Translations under genes and position numbers: made by a program
Notes under the pieces: model-generated
What the model was told of the DNA's origin: nothing
Databases searched by the model: none
What the model saw: only the letters and a program-made list of their open reading frames with translations
Part shown: positions 34,240 to 43,000 of the stretch, piece after piece
How the letters are laid out: each line of letters opens with the position of its first letter
Numbering within the stretch: position 1 is the first letter of the stretch
From: Candidatus Nezhaarchaeales archaeon
GTDB taxonomy: Archaea > Thermoproteota > Methanomethylicia > Nezhaarchaeales > WYZ-LMO8
Direction: 5' to 3'
NCBI GenBank assembly: GCA_036786905.1
Contig: DAIQQE010000001.1
Location: 11,110 to 68,234 of the forward strand
Length of the DNA: 57,125 nt

Positions 34240-34409
34240 CTGACCGAGTTCATCGATCGCGCCTTACTAGCGGTTTAGTGGGTCAGTTGAGCGATTCCTC
34301 AGCACGTCCAGCCGAGAAGGTGGCCGATCGTCATCCTCATGCGGGGACACGGGCTGGCTCGCCTGTACGTCTTTGCACAGCTTCAGCGAGCTTGAGGTCG
34401 TAGGGACCA

Positions 34410-34934
34410 CTACTGAGAGCCGGCCTCTCCTAGCAACACGCCCAACGCCACGTCGCTCTTGACAAGCCCCAGCCTCTTGGCGGCGACGCCGATCCTGACC
34501 ATGGCCCTCCTGTCCCTGCTCAGGACAGGCCTCGACCCCATCAACAGGCCCACGGCCGCTCCGAGCTCCAACGCCCTGACGACGCATGTGGGCCCCGGGA
34601 ACAAGAGGCCGGCCACCCTGCTCTGGAGCATGTCCTCGCAGGACGGGAATCCGCATGCCCCACACTTCAATCCAACTACGTCGCCCCCATCCCTCAGGCC
34701 CACCAGGACCACCGCCTTCGCCTCCTTGGTCTCCTTCGCATCCGCCTTGCACGAGGGCTCCCTGAGCTCTTCGGCCAGTTGGTGCATGTACTTCGCCAGC
34801 TCCTCCTTCTGTCTGCCGCTTACGAAGACCACTTCAAGGTCGCCGAGGTCCCACTTCCTCAGCGCTTCTCGGACGGAGGCTAGAGGCTCGTCAAGCGAGC
34901 CAGGGCTGCCGGCCTGCCTACTCGTCTTCTCCAA
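34410..34934 (-). CDS. DUF2148-like protein with a CxxCxxxxC motif
   Basis: VLVGLRDGGDVVGLKCGACGFPSCEDM, followed by a GPTC...LGAAVG pattern, matches what I remember of DUF2148 ferredoxin-like proteins. 174 aa. Confidence 0.5.
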   Translation of the reverse strand: MEKTSRQAGSPGSLDEPLASVREALRKWDLGDLEVVFVSGRQKEELAKYMHQLAEELREPSCKADAKETKEAKAVVLVGLRDGGDVVGLKCGACGFPSCEDMLQSRVAGLLFPGPTCVVRALELGAAVGLLMGSRPVLSRDRRAMVRIGVAAKRLGLVKSDVALGVLLGEAGSQ

Positions 34935-35132
34935 ACCCTCACCCCCGCTCGAGGCCCTTCAAACGACGTCGGTCGCCCACGCCTCGAGGTCTATTGCACT
35001 CTTGCCGGCGTAGCTTTAAAGCCTAAGGGTCGAGTGCTAATTCGTGGTCTTGATGTCCAGGAGACTCGTCGAGGACGACGGGAGCCTGGTGAGCGAGACA
35101 AATTGATGGCCTCAAGAGGACCTAAGATGGGT

Positions 35133-35831
35133 TCAAGAGGACCTTGAAGAGGCCGGGTCGTCTACGCGGAAAGGCGCACGCCCCTGTGGATCGCGAGCGC
35201 TAGAGCGGGGGTCAACGCTCCTCCTCTTGTCCTCTAAGTAGTCGAGGTAGCGCTGGTAGAGCTCAACGGCCTCGCGAAACTGCTTTGGGTACATGGTCTC
35301 CAGCTGGCTTAAGATCCCGCCTATAGTGTCTTGGTCCCTCACGGCTCGGAGCAACGCCAACAACACGTCCTCGCTCTCACGGCCCCTGCACGGAATCTCC
35401 ACGGTCATGCCGAGCTTGAAGAGGCCCGCCAACAGCAAGTGCGGAGGGGAGGAGCCTATTAGGACCCCCCTCTCGAGCTCCACGAGCTTAGGAACTCCCT
35501 TCTTGTCGAGCCTAGCCGGGCTAGTTAGCGACCCGTAGGCCTTCTTTGCATAGCAGTGAACCTCTACGTAGACGTCAGGGCGGTAGCGCCTCAGCAAGCA
35601 CACGAGCCTCCTGCCCTCCTTTGTCTCTAGGTATCTCTGGCTCAGCGTGCTCACGTATCTCGCCCTGAGGCACAGAGAGGGCACGACGACCAGCGTACCG
35701 CTCTGCGGCCCCCCGTCGCGCACGAAGCGCTCGAGGACCCTCTTGGTTACGACGCCCTCCCTGCCGTGAAGCCCTCCGACGACGAGCCTCCTCAGGCCCC
35801 TCTTCCTAGACCTGAGCGCGTACACCCTCAA
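35133..35831 (-). CDS. Uncharacterised protein, possibly DUF2119 / degenerate M14 (AstE/AspA-like) fold
   Basis: VVGGLHGREG near the N-terminus resembles the GGxHGxE motif of succinylglutamate-desuccinylase/carboxypeptidase-like proteins. TTG start, with TATA-like elements 31-49 nt upstream. The family call is tentative. Confidence 0.4.
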   Translation of the reverse strand: MRVYALRSRKRGLRRLVVGGLHGREGVVTKRVLERFVRDGGPQSGTLVVVPSLCLRARYVSTLSQRYLETKEGRRLVCLLRRYRPDVYVEVHCYAKKAYGSLTSPARLDKKGVPKLVELERGVLIGSSPPHLLLAGLFKLGMTVEIPCRGRESEDVLLALLRAVRDQDTIGGILSQLETMYPKQFREAVELYQRYLDYLEDKRRSVDPRSSARDPQGRAPFRVDDPASSRSS

Positions 35832-36020
35832 CTCCTACCACTGAGGTTGTGCGGGGCGAGCTCTATATGTTCTTATAGGCCTTGGGCTCGACGCTAAGCC
35901 ACATATAGCCGAGAGGTGCTGGTAACAGAGGTGCGCGCCAGAGAGGGCCCCTCGAGGTCTCGCAGGCACTTCTTGGTCTCGAGGCCCGCGAAGTTTAGGA
36001 GTGCCAATGTCGAGGCGGCC

Positions 36021-36764
36021 ATGACCGTTCGGTCGATAGCCCTTGAGTACGACGTAGAGTACGTCCTCGTTGACTTGCCCAAGGGCTTCGAGGGCCTCCT
36101 CAGGCAATGTCCAAGCCCTAGGAGCGCGCTGGACTCGGCCGTGAGGATGGGGCTACTGCGCTGGTCAGAGAGCATGGTGAGGGCCTACGAGCCCGTGGCA
36201 TCGTGCGTTGACAGGCTCGTCAGAGAGGGGGTGAGGGTCGTGTGCTACTTGGAGGCCGAAGAGTTAGAGAGGGAGCGAGGGCTCGCCGCGAGGGTAGCGC
36301 AATTGGCCCTCAGGGCTTCGATAAAGAAGATCGACGACCGCGACATCAGAGATTGGCTCCAAGTCCTCGACGAGTACCGAGGCGGAGCTCAGCGGACTGT
36401 GGATCGCATGGTCGACTTGTTGAGGGCCATCGAGGGCTCCGCGGCGATCGTATTGACCGGGCTCGAGGGCCTCTGGCTCGCGAAGGAGCTCAGGAGCAGA
36501 GGCCTTGAGATCGTGGTCAGGGTCGTCGGAGTCCCGTACCTTCGGAGCCCGCTAGAAGTGATGATAATCAAGCACTCGAGGGGGGAGCTCACAACCGACG
36601 AGCTGAGAAGGCTCGTAAGCGACTACGTGGACTACGTCAGGAACTACGTCCTCAGGTACGAGGACCTCGAGGAGGCCCACAAGAGGTGGGCCCTAGAGAA
36701 GGCTCCGTGGCTTAGGGACTTCATGCCCTTCGAAGGGCCCGGCGAAGAGGTCGCACGGCCTTAA
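36021..36764 (+). CDS. Hypothetical protein
   Basis: The ORF is open from 35916. ATG 36021 has a TATA-like aagtttagga about 26 nt upstream, and the upstream 35 codons are R/S-rich. I recognised no motif. Its stop overlaps the stop of the convergent radical SAM gene. Confidence 0.5.
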   Translation: MTVRSIALEYDVEYVLVDLPKGFEGLLRQCPSPRSALDSAVRMGLLRWSESMVRAYEPVASCVDRLVREGVRVVCYLEAEELERERGLAARVAQLALRASIKKIDDRDIRDWLQVLDEYRGGAQRTVDRMVDLLRAIEGSAAIVLTGLEGLWLAKELRSRGLEIVVRVVGVPYLRSPLEVMIIKHSRGELTTDELRRLVSDYVDYVRNYVLRYEDLEEAHKRWALEKAPWLRDFMPFEGPGEEVARP

Positions 36765-37810
36765 CCTATTGCCTTGGCCCCCAGCAAACTGACCAAGAGG
36801 TCCACGTCCTCAAGGCTCTTGGCGAAGACGTGGACGTTCCCCAGCTTCACGTTCTCCAAGCCCTTACCCTTGACCACGTAGTAGGCCGCCACCATCTCGT
36901 GCAGGCTGGGGGGCCTGACGTCTCTCAGCTTGTACTCGGGGAAGAAGGCTAGTATGGTGAAGGGTATGCTCTTGTCCACCTCAGCTATCAGCTCAGCTAT
37001 CTTGGCTATCTGGTCCAGCTCGACCCACCCGGGTATGTAAAGGGTCAGGACCTCCAAGACGAAGCCCATGTCGACTATGAGCTTTGGCGCTTCTAAGATC
37101 CACTTGTTGGTGGTGCCGCAGAGCCTCCTGTACACGTCATCGCGATAGGCCTTTATGTCGAGCCAGAGGGAGTCGACGCCTCCGCTAGCCAACACTTCGA
37201 GGTTCCTCGGGGTCAGGCCGTAGCCGTTGGTCTCGAGGAGGACCCACAAGTCGCTGCGCTCCTTCTTTATCTTCTCCGCTACTCGAGCGTAGAACTCGGC
37301 CCTGCAGGCCACGTCTCCTCCCGTGAAGGAGACTATATTCCTAGCGGGCCCCCAGCCCTGAGGGCTCAAGACGACCTGATCGGGCTTCAAGACGTTCGGG
37401 CACAGCGGGTGCCTCTCGTCCCACAAAACGCACATGCCGCAATGCCTGCACAGGTCGGTCGCGTGCCACATCGTGGCCCTCCACCTAGGCTCCTTGACCG
37501 TCACCATCTCGGCGTACTCCACCGCCATCTCGGCTATGTCGTCGGCCGACATCCAAGTGCCCGAGGCCCTCTGAGTGAAGTACCAGGAGTGGCACTTCAA
37601 GCAAGAGTGGTTGCAACCCGATTGGTATATGGAGAAGTAGTCCTCGGGCCTCGAGAGGTGCGCTGCCTCGATGAGCCTGTACCACTCGCCTCCTTCAAAC
37701 CTCAGCGTCGCTTGACACGCTGGCTTCAAGCCCTCTGGCGTCTCCGTCAGGCAGGCCCCTCTAGGATAGCCCTGAGCCTCCATGTTGCACTTAGGCTCTA
37801 GGGACCCCAC
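36761..37810 (-). CDS. Radical SAM protein (PflA-related, COG2108-like)
   Basis: The CxxxCxxC motif is GCNHSCLKCHSW, with an additional Cys cluster CRHCGMCVLWDERHPLCP and an FTGGD glycine-rich motif. 349 aa. Confidence 0.75.
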   Translation of the reverse strand: MGSLEPKCNMEAQGYPRGACLTETPEGLKPACQATLRFEGGEWYRLIEAAHLSRPEDYFSIYQSGCNHSCLKCHSWYFTQRASGTWMSADDIAEMAVEYAEMVTVKEPRWRATMWHATDLCRHCGMCVLWDERHPLCPNVLKPDQVVLSPQGWGPARNIVSFTGGDVACRAEFYARVAEKIKKERSDLWVLLETNGYGLTPRNLEVLASGGVDSLWLDIKAYRDDVYRRLCGTTNKWILEAPKLIVDMGFVLEVLTLYIPGWVELDQIAKIAELIAEVDKSIPFTILAFFPEYKLRDVRPPSLHEMVAAYYVVKGKGLENVKLGNVHVFAKSLEDVDLLVSLLGAKAIG

Positions 37811-38220
37811 AGGTATACGAGGGGTTCGAGGAGGAAAAAGGTAACCGACGGGGTTGTTTGATCTTGTTAGAGAGGCTTTTTAGAAGGTAAGGACTAGTCA
37901 CGAGCCCGCATGGCTAAAGGCCTCTCTAAATCCAACACTACATGACCTCTTCCAGCCTTCTCCACGTCAGCCCTCGCCATTACGGCAATGCTGATGATCT
38001 GCCGCTTACGGCCTCCTAACGCCTCAAAATCCATGAAGCCACGCGGTCTTGGGCACCGTCGCCTTCTTAAGGTGCTGGCTTGCACCGAGGCCATCTACCG
38101 AGGTCGCGGGCCTCTCGTCATGTTGGGCAGAGGCTCGACTTGAGCAAGTACGCAGTGATGACGCTTGCTGACCTAGCGCTCTTGAGGTTTCACGTGAAGA
38201 GGTCCGCTCTCGCAAAACAG

Positions 38221-38229
38221 ATATTAAAG
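38221..38229 (+). promoter_or_regulatory. TATA-like box (ATATTAAAG) for the 38250 gene
   Basis: The centre lies about 25 nt upstream of GTG 38250, which is leaderless geometry. Confidence 0.45.
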
Positions 38230-38249
38230 CCTGATAGGCATTATGAGTC

Positions 38250-39071
38250 GTGGCCTCTCGAGCTCTGTCAAAGGCCTACAAGGAGAAGATACTGAGGGCG
38301 TTAGAGGAGGATCGGGAGTTCAGGTACGCGGTAGCGGGCCTCATAGGCGTGAAGGAGATTTTAGAGAGGCTCGACGGCATAGAGAAGAACCAAGAGAGGA
38401 TTTGGCAGGAGATTAAAGGCCTTCGAGAAGAGCAGGCGAAGACGTGGCAGGAGATGGAGAAGACCAAGGAGGAGATCAAGGAGTTACGCGAGGAGCAGGC
38501 GAAGACGTGGCAGGAGATGGAGAGGATTTGGCAGGAGATTAAAGGCCTTCGAGAAGAGCAGGCGAAGACGTGGCAGGAGATAGAAAAGCTCTGGGAAGAG
38601 GTGAGAGAGCTTAGAAGAGGTCAAGAGAGGTTGTGGACCGAGGTGAGGGGCCTCAGGAACAGCTTTGAGCAACTGGGAAGGTCCGTGGGGATGACTCTCG
38701 ACCACTACGCGGCCGCCTTCATCAAAGAGCTCCTCATCGAGAGGGGCTACCCCGAGGCCGTGAAGGTCGAGGCAGAGGTCAAGCTAAAGGATCCAAAGAG
38801 CAAGAGGACTTGGGAGGTGGACGTCTTCTGTGAGAACCCGTTAGTGGTGGGCGAGGTCACGACGACTGTGAGCACGGCCGAGGAGGCTGAGGCCGAGGTC
38901 TCCAAGCTTTTGGAGAGGGTCGACTTCGTGAAGGAGCTCTACGGCGAGGAGGTCCAGCTGAAGCTCCTCGTCGTGGCCAACGCGAGCGCAGAGGCCAAGG
39001 AGCGCCTCAGAGCGCTAGCCCAAAAGCACGACTTAATGGTCTTGGTCGGTAGAGAACTGTCTAAGCTCTGA
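38250..39071 (+). CDS. W/E-repeat coiled-coil protein with a C-terminal restriction-endonuclease-like (PD-(D/E)xK-type) domain
   Basis: The N-terminus is homologous to the 1..330 fragment. The central repeats are EQAKTWQE(M/I)E x3 and (R/K)(I/L)WxE(I/V)(K/R)(G/E)LR. The C-terminal half carries alternating strand/helix segments with an acidic core (WEVDVFCENPLVVGEVTT). The nuclease-fold call is an inference. Confidence 0.65.
   Translation: MASRALSKAYKEKILRALEEDREFRYAVAGLIGVKEILERLDGIEKNQERIWQEIKGLREEQAKTWQEMEKTKEEIKELREEQAKTWQEMERIWQEIKGLREEQAKTWQEIEKLWEEVRELRRGQERLWTEVRGLRNSFEQLGRSVGMTLDHYAAAFIKELLIERGYPEAVKVEAEVKLKDPKSKRTWEVDVFCENPLVVGEVTTTVSTAEEAEAEVSKLLERVDFVKELYGEEVQLKLLVVANASAEAKERLRALAQKHDLMVLVGRELSKL
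38394..38581. repeat. Intragenic duplication: a perfect 62-bp copy at 126-bp spacing, plus a third partial copy
   Basis: gagaggatttggcaggagattaaaggccttcgagaagagcaggcgaagacgtggcaggagat occurs at 38394..38455 and identically at 38520..38581. gagcaggcgaagacgtggcaggagatggaga also occurs at about 38493. Confidence 0.9.
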
Positions 39072-39146
39072 GGGGCTTGTTTAGCGTCGGGATCTCGGTT
39101 TGAGCTCAGGGAGCCGCATGGCCAATGCGTGATGGGCCTTCGAGCC

Positions 39147-42100
39147 CTAAGCACGTTCGCGTAGGGCCTCGCTTCTCGCCTCGACCCTCTCCCCCTTCTT
39201 GGCCTCGTACTCCTTGAGGGCCAAGTAAAGGAGGTACGTCGACCTCACGTTGTCGCTCACATAGCCCTCGACCTTCTCCTTCAGGTACTTCGTGAAGTTC
39301 ATCCAAGAGGCCGGGGGCTCGCTCGCCACCCTCCTCTTGGAGTTCTCCAGCTCGAGCATGACGTCCGCTATCGACGTCGCCCTCTGCGCGCCTATGGCCC
39401 TCTCGACCTCCTCGAGGGGGGCCGCCGGTAGCTCGAGGGCCTTGACCACCAGCTCCCTCACGTCGACGAGCTTGCCTTCGAGGGCCAGCGACTTCAGCAT
39501 CAGCGCCAAGGACTTCAAGCCGCCGCTCGCGAGCGACTTGTAGAGCTGTTCGAAGCCGTAGACCAGCACCGTGAAGTCCTCGTTGACGAGCGAGGATATG
39601 GCCAGCTCTATCTGGGGATCCGGGTGCACGAGGCCGAAGTCCTTGTACACGGTCGAGCTCCTCACGTCCTCGCCGTCGTAGACGGCCAAGCTCAGCAAGC
39701 CGGTGTCGGCCTGGTCCATCACCCTTAGAAATATCGCGTCCACCGACGCCATCTTCAGGGCCCTAGAGGGCTTCGGCACCGAAAGCTGGAGCCCCCTGAA
39801 CTCGAGCGGTATCCTCTGCTCCAACAACACGTACTCGACTGCCTTGACCGCGTAGCGCTTGGCTAGCTTCCAGTCTAGGCCGAGGGATATGAAGTCCGAG
39901 TAGGCGTACTCGTCGAAGGACTCCATGAGCACCTCGTCCAAGGGCTCCGGCTGGTACTCCTCGACCAGCTTCTTGACCTCGAGCCAGTCCAGCCTCTCTA
40001 TCAGCCCAGCGCTCTCGGGCTCGTGGATCTCCATGAGCTTCTTCTCGCCGACGGCTCCGAGGCTGTACATGAGGGTCTCGAGGGGTATCCTCAGCCTCTT
40101 CCTGAGGACTATCATCAGCGTCGCTAGCCCTATCCTCATCAACGTCAAGTCCTCAGCCGGGTCGAGCTCGAAGAAGAAGCCGTAGGTGTAGTCGCTGTAC
40201 TTGCCGTAAGTCGCCGTGGGAACCTCTATGACCCTGTGGTCCCTGTAGGTCAGCGTCCTGCCGTCGAGGCTCTTGAGCCTCGACCTCGAGCTGACGACCC
40301 TCCACAGGACTCTATTGGGTATCTTCAGGTAGCGGCCGAAGCCCCTCCTAGGGGGGTAGACGACGCACACTACCTCCGAGTGCAGCCTGCCGTGGAGGTA
40401 GTCGCTGAAGATCGAGGGCTCCTCGCCCCACTTAGTCTTAGCCTCCTCGTACTCCTCCAGTGCTAGGGCTAGGGGCTCCCTCTGCCACAGGGCCGACGGG
40501 CTCAGCCTCTCCTCGACGACTGCGGTCACCATCCTACCGGTCCTCCCCCCGACCTTCAGCTCCACGACCACTCCGTCGGACGTGTAGTCCAGGCAGCCCA
40601 CTTGGAACTTCTCGACGAGGTCGCAGTGCGATATGCCCTCTAGGTAGCGTTGTCCTCCCTCGTCGACCATTACCCTGTTGACGCTATAAGGAGGGGCGAA
40701 CTCGTAGAAGTTCATGTTCCCCCAGGCCTCCTTGCCTCTGGCCGTCAGCTCTCCTCGCTTGACCAGGCCGAGCTCCTCCAAGAACTGGTACTCGTCTTTG
40801 GTCAAGAGGGCTTTGAGGCGCGGGGACATGAACTTCAGGAGGGCCTTGAAGAAGAGGGAGTACTTGTTGTCGGGGTTCACGATGACCTTCTCTATGGGCA
40901 TTTTGAGCCACGACTTCAGGGCCTCGAGGCCTCTCGAGAGCACGTCCCTGTCCCACTTGCCAGTGGGCAGGATTATCGTCTCCGAGAAGCCCGCCTCCTC
41001 CCTCCTCCCCTTCCTGCCCTCTCGCTGGTAGAACTCCCTCAAGCTCTCGGGCAGGCCCACGTGGACTATCCTCACGACGGTCCCTATGTCTATCCCTTGG
41101 CTCAGCGTCCTAGGGGACACGAGCACTTTGACCAGGCCTTGCCTGGCGGCCTCCTCCACAGCCGCCCTGTAGTCCTTGAAGGCTAGGTGGTGGTGGGCCG
41201 CGACTCTATCCCTGTGGGCCAGCGGCAACTCGGCCCTCAGCCTGCGAGCGAGCTCCTCGGCCTTGGCTATGCTCTTCGTGAAGACCAGGGTTACGCCGGC
41301 GTCGTCGACGTAGGCCCTCAGCAGGTCTATCGGGTCGAACTCCAAGCTGGGCACGTGGAGCCCCATCGCCCTCGCCACGTCGTAGACGTTGTAGGCCCTC
41401 TCCTTGAACAGCTCAAAGTCGTCGAGCGCCTCCAGCACGTCTCTCCCGACGCGGGCCCTCTCGAACTCGCCCCTCTTAGCCCTCAGGTGCTCCCAGAGCG
41501 ACCTCAAGTTCTTGCCTAGGACGACGTAGACCCTGTTCTCGACCCGGAAGGGCTTCCCCTCGATTATCCTCGTCTCCCTGCCGTTGACCTTAGTCAAGAA
41601 GGAGGCGAACTCCTCGGGGTTCTCTATGGTGGCTGTGAGGACTACCACTTGGAGGCCGGGCTTGAACATCAAGTTGAGCAACTCGGTGAGGGCCAGCAGG
41701 AGGGCTATCTCCCTAGGCCCGTAGAAGTCGACCTCGTCAAGCACTAGGAGCCCGATCTTCGAGAGGAAGCCGTCTAAGAGGGATTTACCGGTCGTCGCTG
41801 CCTTCTTGACCTCGTGGAGCAGGAAAGCGGGGTTCGTCACCAATATGTCGCAGCCAGTCATCATGGCTCTGAGCTTCGAGCGCCCCTTCTCCTTCACCAG
41901 CTGGTCCCGCCTCAGCGCGTCGATCACCTCGACCTGCAACTTGAGGGCGGATGAGTAGCCCTTGATCCTTCTGATCTGGTCGTTGGCTAGGGCTAGGGTG
42001 GGGTACACGGCCAGCGTCGGGACCTTGTGCTTAAGAGCGTAAAGGAGCCAAGCCTCGGTCTTGCCAGAGCCGGTGCCAGACCTCAGTATCACGTTGAGGC

Positions 42101-42302
42101 CCGAGGAGAGAGCCTCGTAGGCCTCGAGCTGGTGCCTGTACAACCTCTTTCCGGATATCGGGAAGCCCGAGGAGAGCTCAGGGACCACGTCGTCGAACTT
42201 CAGGTCGACTTCGTCGGGCTTGACCGCTGGCTCCACGTACGAGTAGAAGTCGTAGCCCAAGCTCGAGAGGACTTCGGCAGAGTCCACCCTCCCCAAGCGC
42301 AA
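39147..42302 (-). CDS. Large superfamily-2 DEAD/DEAH-box helicase with an uncharacterised C-terminal region of about 550 aa
   Basis: Motif I is SGTGSGKTEAW, motif II is LDEVDFY, motif III is LTAT, and motif VI is QREGRKGRR. 1051 aa. After about residue 480 I see no recognisable motif except a weak DUF1998-like stretch (EIHEPESAGLIERL) without the Cys4 cluster. Confidence 0.85.
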   Translation of the reverse strand: MRLGRVDSAEVLSSLGYDFYSYVEPAVKPDEVDLKFDDVVPELSSGFPISGKRLYRHQLEAYEALSSGLNVILRSGTGSGKTEAWLLYALKHKVPTLAVYPTLALANDQIRRIKGYSSALKLQVEVIDALRRDQLVKEKGRSKLRAMMTGCDILVTNPAFLLHEVKKAATTGKSLLDGFLSKIGLLVLDEVDFYGPREIALLLALTELLNLMFKPGLQVVVLTATIENPEEFASFLTKVNGRETRIIEGKPFRVENRVYVVLGKNLRSLWEHLRAKRGEFERARVGRDVLEALDDFELFKERAYNVYDVARAMGLHVPSLEFDPIDLLRAYVDDAGVTLVFTKSIAKAEELARRLRAELPLAHRDRVAAHHHLAFKDYRAAVEEAARQGLVKVLVSPRTLSQGIDIGTVVRIVHVGLPESLREFYQREGRKGRREEAGFSETIILPTGKWDRDVLSRGLEALKSWLKMPIEKVIVNPDNKYSLFFKALLKFMSPRLKALLTKDEYQFLEELGLVKRGELTARGKEAWGNMNFYEFAPPYSVNRVMVDEGGQRYLEGISHCDLVEKFQVGCLDYTSDGVVVELKVGGRTGRMVTAVVEERLSPSALWQREPLALALEEYEEAKTKWGEEPSIFSDYLHGRLHSEVVCVVYPPRRGFGRYLKIPNRVLWRVVSSRSRLKSLDGRTLTYRDHRVIEVPTATYGKYSDYTYGFFFELDPAEDLTLMRIGLATLMIVLRKRLRIPLETLMYSLGAVGEKKLMEIHEPESAGLIERLDWLEVKKLVEEYQPEPLDEVLMESFDEYAYSDFISLGLDWKLAKRYAVKAVEYVLLEQRIPLEFRGLQLSVPKPSRALKMASVDAIFLRVMDQADTGLLSLAVYDGEDVRSSTVYKDFGLVHPDPQIELAISSLVNEDFTVLVYGFEQLYKSLASGGLKSLALMLKSLALEGKLVDVRELVVKALELPAAPLEEVERAIGAQRATSIADVMLELENSKRRVASEPPASWMNFTKYLKEKVEGYVSDNVRSTYLLYLALKEYEAKKGERVEARSEALRERA

Positions 42303-42390
42303 GGTCGCTCCTAGAGAATCCTGAGCTCTCCAATTAATTAGCTATATCCTTGGAGTTTTTCGAAATCCTTAAGTAAGCGGCTTGATGCTC

Positions 42391-42404
42391 TATCGAATTC
42401 GATA
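42391..42404. promoter_or_regulatory. Perfect 14-bp palindrome TATCGAATTCGATA immediately upstream of the PadR gene (candidate operator)
   Basis: Read directly from the sequence. It ends 12 nt before ATG 42416. A TATA-like ccttaagtaag lies about 25 nt upstream of the palindrome. Confidence 0.4.
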
Positions 42405-42415
42405 TCGACGGTGAT

Positions 42416-43000
42416 ATGAGCATGTCGGACGAGCACGGGCTTCAACGGTCCCCTCCATTGCTTAGGCACTGGCTCAAGCACATGGCCGCCGTGCCCAAGG
42501 GCCTCCTGCGATATCAGGTGCTGGAGCTCCTGAGCGAGAGGCCCCTCTCTGGCTCGGAGATAATGAAGGAGATGGAGAGGAGGACCGACGGTTGCTGGAG
42601 ACCCAGCCCAGGCTCCGTCTACCCCCTATTAGCCTGGCTCCAGGACAGCGGCCTCGTCCGCGAGGTCCCTACGGAAGAGGGAGGGGTGAGGCGGTACGAG
42701 CTCACTGAGGAAGGCAGGAGGTTCCTCGAAGAGCAAAAGAGGGTGTACACGCAATTCTACATGGACAAGAGGCTCTTCGTCCCTCCATTGCTGGGCTTCC
42801 TCAGGCTACGCGTGCCGCCCGAGAGGCTTGAGGAGGCCAAGAGCTCCCTGAGGCGCATGTTCAGGGCTCTCTTGAGCTTGGCACTGGCCCTCGAGGAAAG
42901 GCCCTCTGAGGATGCCCTGAGGGAGGCGATCGGCGTGCTCGACGAGGCCTCTCGAAGGCTCGAGGACATAGGGAGAAGGCTCAGGGGGTGGAGGTCGTGA
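42416..43000 (+). CDS. PadR-family transcriptional regulator
   Basis: LRYQVLELLSERPLSGSEIMKEMERRT...WRPSPGSVYPLLAWLQDSGLV is the PadR winged-helix signature. Confidence 0.75.
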   Translation: MSMSDEHGLQRSPPLLRHWLKHMAAVPKGLLRYQVLELLSERPLSGSEIMKEMERRTDGCWRPSPGSVYPLLAWLQDSGLVREVPTEEGGVRRYELTEEGRRFLEEQKRVYTQFYMDKRLFVPPLLGFLRLRVPPERLEEAKSSLRRMFRALLSLALALEERPSEDALREAIGVLDEASRRLEDIGRRLRGWRS

